From the NCBI GenBank assembly GCA_964304625.1, contig OZ199838.1, positions 11,059,408-11,123,407 of the forward strand: a DNA stretch of 64,000 nucleotides, written 5' to 3'. The position numbers were made by a program, and so were the translations under genes. Origin of the DNA: Kudoa neothunni (lineage: Eukaryota > Animalia > Cnidaria). Under the pieces are notes generated by a model. The model was not told where the DNA came from. It worked only from the letters and a program-made list of their open reading frames with translations, and searched no databases. Positions within the stretch are counted from its first letter, which is position 1; each line of letters opens with the position of its first letter. This document shows, piece by piece, positions 54,089-64,000 of the stretch.

Positions 54089-55193
54089 ATGGGTGAAATA
54101 CTTGGAGTGCGTGATTTTTTCTATGGAAAATATTTGCTGGGTTTCAGCAAATATTTAGCTGCAGTGAGTCATTACAGATCAATTGGTATGAGTTTGGTTA
54201 AATTTTGAACTCCTTAATTGTATCGCTGTTGTGAACATGGATTTGAGGATGACGCGATACTTTTGGGAAAGATTTGTGTAGATTTGACAAGCTCAGCTCT
54301 AATGGATAACTTTAGGCGCTTCTACAGAAAAATTCGCAACCATATATCCACTTGCAAGCTTTTTGGTGTTCTATCTCGCACAGATTTCTGGAAACATTTT
54401 CTATAGTTTATGTGTGAATCAACCATTATTGTACACTGTGGGAGATGTGAAAACAATGGTGGTGTATTTGGTTATGTGGAGTTTGACCTTCCACTGCCCA
54501 AAGGATCTGTTCTATAGTGTGTTTGGAAAATCAGGACTCGCTTGTGGGTTTGGCGTGCTTCGTGAAATTGAAAGAGTCATAGCAGCAGAAAGCATTACTA
54601 ATGCAGTTCTCGCTCAACCAGGCTCATCTCCATATAGCGCTTTTGTGGTCACTCTGGTCACCATAAATCTGCCGTATCATCTCATCTATTTGTTCGATCA
54701 ATTGATTAGAGGAGTTGCTATCAAAAAGCATGAAATCTTGTCGCTGTCCTTCACCACCAAAGTTACAGTGCTTGACTCGTTTGTCTACAACTGGTACTTG
54801 TATTTGGGACAAATCTCTGGAAAATACAAAATTATTGACATTATTGCCAATATTTCTAATATCAAATTTTTGCAGCTTGTAGCTTTGTCTGCTGTCACCT
54901 TAAAAACTCTCTCTCATTTCAACTACGATTTGCTTGTCTTTGATGAATTGTTGTTGTTGGCTCCACTCATGAAGATTCTACATCTTCTCCCAGGTTACAG
55001 CAAAAGTGAACCAGTAGCTGCTAAAAGCAGGAGATCAACTTCGACTCGTCACAACGAATCGGATGTGGCACATGACGATGGTGATGTCACCATAATGGAC
55101 GGATCCCCTGACGAGTCTCCTCACGAAACTCCGAGAAAAAGGGCTGCTCGCGCCAGACGAACTGTTAGCTCCACTCGCCGCAGAAAACAATAA
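54089..55193 (+). CDS. TMEM38: Trimeric intracellular cation channel (TRIC/TMEM38), divergent, 2 exons
   Basis: Exon 1 MGEILGVRDFFYGKYLLGFSKYLAAVSHYRSI, intron about 54186-54315, then KFATIYPLASFL...NQPLL...MWSLTFHCPKDLFY...LREIER...FDQLIRGV...HEILSLSFTTK, matching TRIC motifs HPxASW, WYLxFxCPxD, KEVxR, EQLxRG and ExLxxSFxTK. Confidence 0.88.
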
Positions 55194-55399
55194 CCACTGT
55201 TTGCATAAATGAGATAATACTACCTACTACCTATGTCTAATTTGTTTTGTGTATTGATGTTTTCTTTGTTCATTGAATTGAATGTTTTTGTTTGCATTTC
55301 TTTCATTGTTGCATATGCTTTTTTTACTCAACCAAAGAAGAGTAATTATGCTTGATTATAAAATTCTTAATGAATGCAATGCTATAATAATTGCAAATG

Positions 55400-56500
55400 G
55401 AGTATCTGGATCATTACGTACACATGAAATTAGCTGAGAAAATTGCATGGCCATCGTATAGGATTCTGCACCTTATATGAAGAAATATTTCAAAAATATA
55501 CCGCTCATATATAGCCATATTGTCCGAATACCTTGTTTTTCTCACCTAATTCATTGTGCAATAATAAAAACAATTGATTCAGTTTTTCCAGGTATAACGC
55601 GATTTTTCATCTAATTTTCTCCCCTTATTGTTAAGAACAGATCTGCTAAATGCCAGTTACTTTGTTTCTTACAAAAAAATGACATTGAATATTCGAAAGA
55701 TATTCCTCGAGTTGTTGATATTAGGCGGCGCAGCTTGTATACCTGCACTTTATCTTGCTGTGAATATTTCCCAGCTATAAAACAGTTGCTACTAGAATTT
55801 AAACATAATTCTATTTCAATGTTTCGCGCAATGTTTAATTCGTCTCCCGCCTCGTTGGATATTACGTTAATTTATTTTAGACTTATTATTAAGTCTCTTT
55901 CTCTATTATATGATTTCTCCCATGAAATGGAATCAAACAATTCTTTCGGCATCTCGCATCTCTACGACTGGATGAGTTCAAGCTACAATTTAAACCTAGA
56001 TGAAGTACTAACAATTAATAGCAATATTCAATCATCTCTTCCTTTTGACAAAAAAGAGAAAATTTTCGAAAAAATGACAGAATTTCATAAATACCTAACT
56101 GAACAACTTACAAATATAGCTCAAAAACAAACTGAAAGTTGTTTCCCATCAAGTAGCTTTCTTAATTCAATGACGAATATCATCTTATCAATAATAAGTA
56201 ACCTTTAGGAAGCGAACATAAAAGATATTGTGCCATTTGTTACCGCCAGTTAATGGGACGGATTACAAAATAAATGCGTATCATTATCTTCTTTTAATAC
56301 AAAGAATTTTGGAAAAAATATGATACACAGTATCCTCTGATGCTACAACCCACACAGGATTTGTCATCAATTTTATTATCGTCCATATCAGCTGAGACAA
56401 GCTTCTCCAAATTAAAGCACGTACTCACTCGTGATAGAACAAATCTATTTACTGAAAGATGTAGAATGCCCTCATTTTTACATTTTAATTGGAGATTAGA
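55400..56500 (+). pseudogene. Decayed hAT-superfamily (CGGBP-like) transposase
   Basis: AIV*DSAPYMKK...HIVRIPCFSHLIH (DxAxYM, CxxH) and C-terminal SISAETSFSKLKHVLTRDRTNL...FLHFN (ERxFS dimerisation motif); stops and frameshifts. Confidence 0.75.
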
Positions 56501-57238
56501 AAAGCAAAGTTAATTAATCACATATTCTGGAACTTAAAAATTGTTGTATGTTGCTTCATTTTCGCACGTGCCAAAGTATGGAATGAACGTCGAAAAATAC
56601 GGTCGCTACTTATAAGGCTAAAATCCAAAGTGAGGTGTAAGAATGGAGTACTCTATACGACCAACTAATTATTTATTTGAGCTGATATATTTAAGTTCTA
56701 AAGGTTGCAGACTTACGTTAATGTAAATTTAATTGTTGTTTTTTTGTTTATGGAGGCTGGATATAAAATTTAAATAATAAGCGCCAATGTAAAACGTGAA
56801 TTAGCGTATGAAGAATGAGAATTTATTATATACGACAGGCTTAGCATAGCAAAAGTAGCGTGATCGAAGCACTTGAAGACTTGATTATCGAGTGATGTTT
56901 TGCTATTCGTTTTATTCATTTTAATAGGTCAACGTTAAACTATGCGGATATTTGACTATCATTCATTGGTTATACACTTACGAAAAGATTAAAATGATAT
57001 TACTATAACGACAATCATTCACATTTAATCGACTCTATCTTATTGTTAATATAAAAATATTGCATGTTTGGCCATCATTTAATGAGCCAACTATTCATAT
57101 TAATTGGTGTTTTTGCTTGTTCAATAATGTTAATTAACTTGTCATAATCGTGTTTATCCAATGAATTATTTATTTAATTTTTTGTGCTTTTGATAATCCA
57201 TCTTCGTCTCAACTCTGTTATTCTGATTGTCTCATGAA

Positions 57239-58671
57239 ATGAAACTGTTGTTATTCAAGATATTTTTTGTGCTATATTTCCCCAATTTTTCATCAGGTAA
57301 TTAAAAATTTTCATCCCGTTTTCGATTATCTGTTAGAACCTATTTTACCCTCTTACGAAAGAGATGAGGGAGATTGGCCTGTCGACGTGAAAAGAAGTAT
57401 GGACACTGTCATCGATCGATGGTTCATTGACATCCAAGATGCTAAGTGCAAACCTCTCGAATACCGAGGAATCAAAGGAAACTATAACAATTTCGCCTCA
57501 AAAGGACTATGCGAACTTCATTGTATTTTTCTAAGTTAATGTAAATTTATGATCATTTCTAGTGGGGCAGTTGGCAACAAAAGAAAAACTTCAGGGGTGC
57601 AAAAAACCCATGCATCCAGGACATTGCGTAAAAAAACACATCTACAAATGAACAGTTCTATTTTGATCAAACAGCGGCCGACTGTGTTTCTTTTCAGTAT
57701 AATGGATGTGGGGGAAGCTTTAATCGTTATAGTAGTGCAGATGAATGCAAATTATATTGCTTAAGTAAAAAAATTATGAACATTTCTATAGAATTAAATA
57801 ATTGTTTTAGATAAAAGGAATGGTGGGCTTACAAATGCGGATGATACAAAAATAACTAAAGTTGATACTACGAAAAAATATGAAGTACCAAATACATTGG
57901 ACTGCGAACTTAGACCTGATGTTAAAGACAAGGATCCCAGCACAGCAATTATTGCTGATATTAAGGAAAAACAAGTGTGCTTATGCAGCAGTCTCATTAG
58001 ACTCAAACACAAGAGGGATTTTCAGTTCGTTTGGTGAATGTGTTGGAAAATGTTTTCGTATGTTTATTATTTATATCATTATCTTATGTATTTTAGCATA
58101 CGAAAGCGATGAAGTTGGTCAACATGTAACTGATTCTAATAAGAAAGTTGCTGCATGTAAGAAGGGCCCAATTCAATACCGTATAACCAACCCAGAGTCC
58201 CCCCAAAATGGGGATGTTGTGTTCCGATATTATTATGACCCTGATGAGCAAGTGTGTAAACGAATGGAAACAGGAAGAAGTACAGGATCATCCGACTTTG
58301 ATTCATCGACAAATAATTTCCCAACTATGGAAATGTGTCATAGCTATTGTGGGGCAGGTACTTATGTTAATTCACGTTAAAAAATTATTTGAATATGGGA
58401 TAAATTTAGCGAAATATAAAAAGAAAATTGTGATCGAAGAAACTTGTGTTGAACAAAAAAAGGGTCATATCGCTAAATCCGTAGACACATTTTAAAGTCA
58501 AAAGATTCTTTTATGACCATAAAAAAAAATACATGCAAAGCTTTTTATTACAAAGGATATGAAGGAAACTCAAACAATTTTAAAACGATGGCTCAATGCA
58601 AGAAGATCTGTGGTGGTCATTATGACAATGGGGAAGAAGTTAAGGAAGACGATAAGATAGATGAAGAATGA
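57239..58671 (+). CDS. Secreted multi-Kunitz (BPTI) protein, five tandem domains, with four apparent +1 frameshifts in this sequence
   Basis: Signal-like MKLLLFKIFFVLYFPNFSS; K1 RWFIDIQDAKCKPLEYRGIKGNYNNFASKGLC; K2 CKKPMHPGHC...FYFDQTAADCVSFQYNGCGGSFNRYSSADECKLYC; K3 degenerate (C...NKC...FSSFGECVGKC); K4 RYYYDPDEQVC...NNFPTMEMCHSYC; K5 RFFYDHKKNTCKAFYYKGYEGNSNNFKTMAQCKKIC. One domain per exon. Confidence 0.85.
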
Positions 58672-59923
58672 ATAAGAACATATCACACTTTCTTATTAAA
58701 AAACAATATAACTATAATAAATCAAGTTTCTATATACTGAATTCTATATATAAATTATTACATGACATTTGCTGAACATCGACAAACTTCAAACAAATTA
58801 TTTGATAGATTGGTAATTTTACAAGTGTGTATTTTTTGAATTTGAAAACACGCTCCTTGGTAATCTATTTTTACTTTTCTCTTTGGACATCAATATAATA
58901 TCAACTGCTTGATTTTTTAAGCATCATCCTTTTCGGAAATATCCGTAAAACTGTAAGTTGTGGCATATTTTTGTTATCATGTTAATTAGTCACACTCTTT
59001 CCCACTGTTTCATAAATTGAAACTAAGTTATCTATCATTACAAATAAATCATTTAAAAATAAATGAAGTAAATATAAAAATTTAACTAATAATTGTTGAT
59101 TCGTTACGTGAAGATGAACGTAAATATACGTTAGAAAATTTCTGAGGTTTAAGGAAATTCAAACAGAAATCGATTAGCTTCATGACAATAAATCACTAGG
59201 TATTCACATCTTTATAATAACATTAGTTTTATTAGACGTTCAAGGTATATAATATAAATCATAATAAATTAAGAATCAGCTTCTAAACAAATATGATAAT
59301 ATTCTAATTACATTAATATTCCTGTTTCATTAATAAAAAATAACTTGAACACAGAAATAGCAAATCTGTTCATAGCAATTTTGATCTATAAATACTAAAA
59401 AATTAAATCAGGACGGAATTATCTTTTTTTTTTTGATTATCAAAACTTTAAAAAGGTTCTAAAAACAGAATTAATTAATAACTTTTCAATGAAATTATTT
59501 GAGTTTAATTTTGATATTTTAATGTTCTTACATATTTTAGTTTATAGTACTCAACGTGTGGTAAAATGTACCACGAATTTCTACAGTCAAACAATACGTT
59601 AATTTCGGTGTTTCCCCACTGGTGGGTCATGGGAAAATTTTGAAAGCATAATGAACGCCATTAAGGGATGCAATTATTTATGGGAACAAGTGTTTGTAAA
59701 GTATTTATAATTTGGATTTCTGTATATTTCTTTTGAAATTTGAATAGGGAGTTATTCGAATGATCGTTAGCACCTTGAATTATTCAATTTATAAATCGAA
59801 TAAAATATTATTTCTGTTCTCAATTGGAATATTTCAACTAAAAATGTCGCCAAATATTTAATCTGAAAGAATATCACATTACGTCTGCTTATAGTCCCTT
59901 TTTGACTAAAGATAAATAGCATT

Positions 59924-59975
59924 GGCAGTGGCTATTCTTACGGTAACGAATATCTCCTAGAATGATTAAGATATT
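59924..59975 (+). mobile_element. Isolated MULE-like TIR fragment
   Basis: GGCAGTGGCTATTCTTACGGTAACGAATATCTC resembles the TIRs at 19096 and 16328. Confidence 0.45.
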
Positions 59976-60512
59976 ACAAAACTGATTTTATCAATGTTTA
60001 AAGCGATTTTTTATTTCATCAAAAATAAATTTTTGTCAAGTTAGCTTTTCATTAAAAATTAATGATGGATTTGAGCGCTCAGTGATACCGAGTTTTTCAT
60101 CCCAAACCGGAGAGCGTGACGATTAAAACCGGACAAATTTTACTAAATTGACCTATAATTCAAAATTCTATGTTGCATTTCACATAAAAAAGACACATTA
60201 AATATAATATAATAAAATAGAGAGATATATATGTTCAATTAGATTAGTCTCTAGGAACGTCCTCTAAGGTGTGGCAATAACTGAGAAAGGTTTCGCGATG
60301 TTGAAAATAATTTTTTAAATTATCTTCAGTCACAGATTGGGTGGAAGCTGTTATCCTTTCGATTAGGTCGTTATTATCTCGAATCGGACCATCCTTACGG
60401 GTGTTGTTTTTTATTTTGGAGAATACCTCCTCGCACGGGTTTAAAAATGGAGAATATCGAGGTAGGTATTTAATCTCATAAGGGTAATCATCATGGAATT
60501 CCACGTTAGAAT

Positions 60513-60682
60513 TGTAGTAATCCACCAATCAACCGAAGCTGGGCTCCGCGCTAGCCCACTACATTATTGGGCGGAAATCTCCTAGACAACAACATTCAGG
60601 GTGATCGCTATAGCTTCGTTTACTATAATAACTTAGCTGTACTATTCTTTAACACTGATTGTTTCCTCGCGCAAATACAACA
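60513..60682. mobile_element. Solo-LTR-like insert, 170 bp
   Basis: TGTAGTA...TACAACA termini and a perfect 5-bp TSD AGAAT; interrupts the element A transposase. Confidence 0.85.
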
Positions 60683-60715
60683 AGAATGATGGAATCGGAT
60701 GTTATCCATAATGTA

Positions 60716-62179
60716 GGGTTTTCCGAGCTTTAACAACACGGTTTAAGGGTTTGCTGCATTAACTAATAAAAGAAATAATTTGAACTTTTTTAACAAGTCG
60801 ATATTAAAAACAAAATTTTTATACACAACGATTAAACGCTATTCAGCCTAAATGAAATAAACATTACTACATTAACTCAGCACTAGATGTAACTCAAGAT
60901 TAATTACAATCTCCACAGTTTTGATGCGCGTATAAAATAATATCAAACCAGGAGGATATAATATATAATCTTCTTAAAGATGATAAAATTTATATTTATT
61001 CCATAATAATTTCTCTGTTGAGACATCTGGAAACATATCGAAGCATCTTTCGATAGTATCCGGAACAATCATCAGGGGTGATAATTTTGAACCCATCATC
61101 TATCGGGTTTAAAAGATCAGGTTCATCCCTTGCCGAATCCCGTATAACATGATTCTTCCATTTACTGAACACACTTTCGATCGGGTTCAAAAATGGCGAA
61201 CATGGAGGCAGGTACATCAACGTTAATTGCGTAGAGTTCAGCACATCTGTAAGTCCACGATAGTGATGAATCCTCGCGTTGTCCAATATGAAGCATGGAT
61301 TATCTATTTCGATCGAGCGGCAAAAATTTACTAGCTCAATAAGGTATTCCTTAAAATCTTCTCCATTCGCTGGTCTCCGATTAACTTTATAAAATGCAAT
61401 ACCATATTTACTTATGGAGGCTATAACGGTTATGTTCCTTGTTCTAACGCCGCCAACAGGAACGTAAGCTGATGTACCAGCAAGGGAACGACCTTTCCTA
61501 GTTCGTGTCGATACACTAAAGCCAACTTCATCAATAAAAATGAAATTTTTATCTTCTATCTCAAGAATTTTTGAGTAGAAGTTTTGAGCATACACAAAGC
61601 GCTGCTCTAAAGTATTCTTACAATTCCTTCGCTCGGGGACAATTGTAACTATTCTTAACGAATAGTGGAATTGTTTCAAGCAAATGTTAATAGTGCTCGC
61701 ACTTACGCTTACTCCACATTCGTCAATTAATTTCAGGCGAAGGGTTTTGAGAGTAATTGTTGCGTCTTCGTCCACCCAATTTCTAATCAACAACTTTTGT
61801 TCATTAGTTAGCTTTGTGGAATAATCGTCACCCCCGCTTTAAAGATTCGACCTTTCCGTCAACTAGGTAGGCTTTTACAATTGAAGTAACGGTACATCGA
61901 TATACACCGACGTTTTCTGCAATTATAGAATTGCTATATTTTTTCATACTGGTTAATAAACCATTGACCTTGTGTCATTTGAAATTGTCTGTCTCGTTTT
62001 TTTGGGGCTGAAATTTGAGAATCGTTACTGGTATCTTTTGTATTTCATAAATATTATACAAATCAACTATGTTATACATTATTACCACCCATTTGATATT
62101 TTTCTGAATTATAAATATAAATTCTCTACCTAATTAGATTCCAAATTTAGACACGTGCTGTTAAAGCTCGAAAAAACCT
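60716..62179 (-). mobile_element. Tc1/IS630-like (DD34E, Gambol-like) element B nested in element A
   Basis: TA TSD; TIRs GGGTTTTTCCGAGCTTTAACAACACG / AGGTTTTTTCGAGCTTTAACAGCACG (reverse complement). ORF 60996-61793 has FIDE...LDN-x-NPIE with 34 residues between D and E; the N-terminal HTH part is frameshifted near 61835. Confidence 0.93.
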
Positions 62180-62551
62180 TATAATAATGAAATCGCCACT
62201 GCCCAACCACGTCATTTACTTTCTTTAGAAATGTTTGAAACACTTCACAGTTTACGCCCCCAATAATGGCTTCACAATGGACTACACTTATGACACTCAC
62301 CGCAAGGATCATTGTTACGTTAGGGCCTCTACTGTTAACCACCGCAGGATTAGGAATCGTTCCAATAAGAGAGCGCCCATGAGAGCGTAGCGAATGAAGC
62401 GAGAACGGGCTTTCATCACTAAATATCAGTTTTTCATAACGAACATTTATTGGAAGACTGGTATACCAATTGGCGTAATTCCTTCTTTCGTGCTTTACAT
62501 CAAGATAATTACTGCCTTGAAGTATTTGCCTCGTCATTTTGAAAGTGATAC

Positions 62552-62647
62552 TATAATATGTATTTTGCGCTAATAAAAACCCCTTTGATCAAAGCACAAA
62601 TAATCCGATTATCAACCGGCTGCTGCCGGTTAAGTTGGTACGCTACA
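62552..62647. mobile_element. Solo-LTR-like insert, 96 bp
   Basis: Perfect 5-bp TSD GATAC; termini TATAAT...CTACA (one end mutated from TGT); interrupts the element A transposase. Confidence 0.75.
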
Positions 62648-62880
62648 GATACCCATTTTTTGAGCCATCTCCATGTGGTTGTTTGGCACACGTCCAAGCT
62701 AAGGCATTCGATCATACGTTGTAAGGTGATCGTGAAATCGTCGTCGTTCAGCCTAAGCAATTGGGTTTTTGTTTCATTTGTAATTTTCGCACGTCGTGGA
62801 CCACTTGCCACAACTTTTCGTACGTTTTATGGAGTAGTTTTCTTTTCCCCATATCACTTAGAGTTGATTTAGGTATACCT

Positions 62881-63062
62881 TGTTGGATTATCTAGGACCG
62901 GCTACCGCTCCACTTTCGGAGCATAATATTAGGAGAATGAAATTCTCCAATATGTCACCCCGCTAGCGCGGCTTCCACAAGTATTAACTTTACATTATTA
63001 TTTTAGTCGTGTGGTAGTTTAGTTTAGTAGAACGTGTTTCTATGGTCGCATTTAATTTAACA
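62881..63062. mobile_element. Solo-LTR-like insert, 182 bp
   Basis: TGTT...AACA termini and a perfect 5-bp TSD TACCT. Confidence 0.85.
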
Positions 63063-63279
63063 TACCTAATCACGCGATACCAAACTAAGAGGTTTTCCCT
63101 CATCAAGTACAAGCATGATAGCCCTCTTTCATAAATCATTCAACACACTCTCCTTTGGCATCATGATATTTTAATGATATTAACTGCCACGCTTTTATTT
63201 GCTTAACAAATGCGCCGTCCGGTTTTGGAGGAAAACCCCAGTAGTATACATTTGTAATTCCCTTAAATATAAACTTATT

Positions 63280-63386
63280 TGTAACGATTGGGCATGTATG
63301 AGTTTGTACTTTTGTGTGATGGTTTTATTAGCGTAAAATCGATACCTATTGTACATCTAAGATGCGCACGATCCTTCATTCTTACA
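63280..63386. mobile_element. Solo-LTR-like insert, 107 bp
   Basis: TGTAA...TTACA termini, TSD TTATT/GTATT (4/5), and TTTTATTAGCGyAAAAT shared with the reverse complement of the 96-bp insert. Confidence 0.6.
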
Positions 63387-63418
63387 GTATTTCAAGACCT
63401 AAATGAAATTTGTTTATA

Positions 63419-64000
63419 GGGTTTTCCGAGCTTTAGTGACATCATGTCAAGCTTTAGTGACACGGTATTTAAGATAGCTATATAATTAGGTAAAAAAATA
63501 CGAAAATATTACTTTAAATTTCGAATGAACAAAAAATAATAATTTTGGGAATTTGAAAAAGATACCCAAACACTATCGTATAATTTATACTTATTCTAAA
63601 ATAATTTCTCGGTTCAAACATCTGCTGATATATCGAAGCATTTTTCGATAATAACTTGAGCAGTCGTTGGTGGTAATAACTTTGAAACCATCATCTATTA
63701 AATTTAAAAGGTCGCTTTCATTTCTCGCATGTTCTCTCACAACATGGTTTTTCCATTTGCTGAAAACATTTTCAATTGGATTCATGAAGGGTGAATACGG
63801 AGGTAGATACATCAACGTTAGTTGTAACGTTGCTAAAATTTCGCTAAGTCCCCGATAATGATGTATCCTTGCATTATCGAGTATGAAGCATGGATCTTCA
63901 ATTTCCAAAGAACGGCACAAATCTGCCAACTCAATGAGGAACTCTTTAAAATCTTCGCCATTTACTGGTCTTCGATTTATTTTATATAGCACCATGCCAT
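63419..64000 (-). mobile_element. Tc1/IS630-like DD34E element C, a relative of B, truncated by the window edge
   Basis: TA|GGGTTTTCCGAGCTTTAG terminus like element B. ORF 63591-63995 is closely similar to the C-terminal half of the B transposase. Confidence 0.9.

Larger units (their letters stand above)
60088..63241 (-). mobile_element. Tc1/IS630-like element A, the host of nested insertions
   Basis: TA-flanked TIRs CCGAGTTTTTCATCCCAAACCGG / CTGGGGTTTTCCTCCAAAACCGG (reverse complement; 17/23 match). Transposase pieces at 62811-62650, 62546-62182, 60713-60688 and 60512-60244 join once the inserts are removed (IFSDES...IMDNIRFHHSNVEF...YLPRYSPFLNPCE). Confidence 0.88.

Noticed and set aside
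59617-59645. CACTGGTG-type Transib-like terminus (also near 47171-47180)
   Set aside because: No partner TIR with a matching 5-bp TSD and no transposase could be identified.

Overview
AT-rich eukaryotic (animal) genomic DNA, not prokaryotic. Genes are highly divergent and split by many short GT-AG introns (mostly about 35-60 nt), which is why the ORF track misses or fragments most of them. Reconstructed by hand: IDH3A, TRAPPC9, RBM8A (Y14), cyclin H, a drastically miniaturised Notch receptor, an orphan AT-hook protein, ADO (cysteamine dioxygenase), TMEM38/TRIC and a secreted five-domain Kunitz protein. Between them lies a diverse, mostly decayed transposon landscape: hAT, MULE, pogo/Tigger, piggyBac, Tc1/IS630-like, Helitron, a tRNA-derived SINE family and four tiny solo-LTR-like inserts. 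Tiny introns, extreme protein divergence and a reduced Notch would fit a reduced parasitic metazoan such as a myxozoan cnidarian, but this is inference only. Best candidates for new biology: (1) a mini-Notch with at most two EGF-like modules, a degenerate LNR set and RAM motif, and a frame-shifted or alternatively spliced C-terminal tail; (2) an AT-hook protein whose C-terminal domain may be PPC/DUF296-like, an architecture known from land-plant AHL proteins; (3) a multi-Kunitz secreted protein built largely from disulfide-depleted domains with an acidic tail; (4) a nested Tc1-in-Tc1 locus carrying 96-182 bp solo LTRs. All identifications come from motif recognition by eye; no database searches were run, and exon boundaries are manual predictions.
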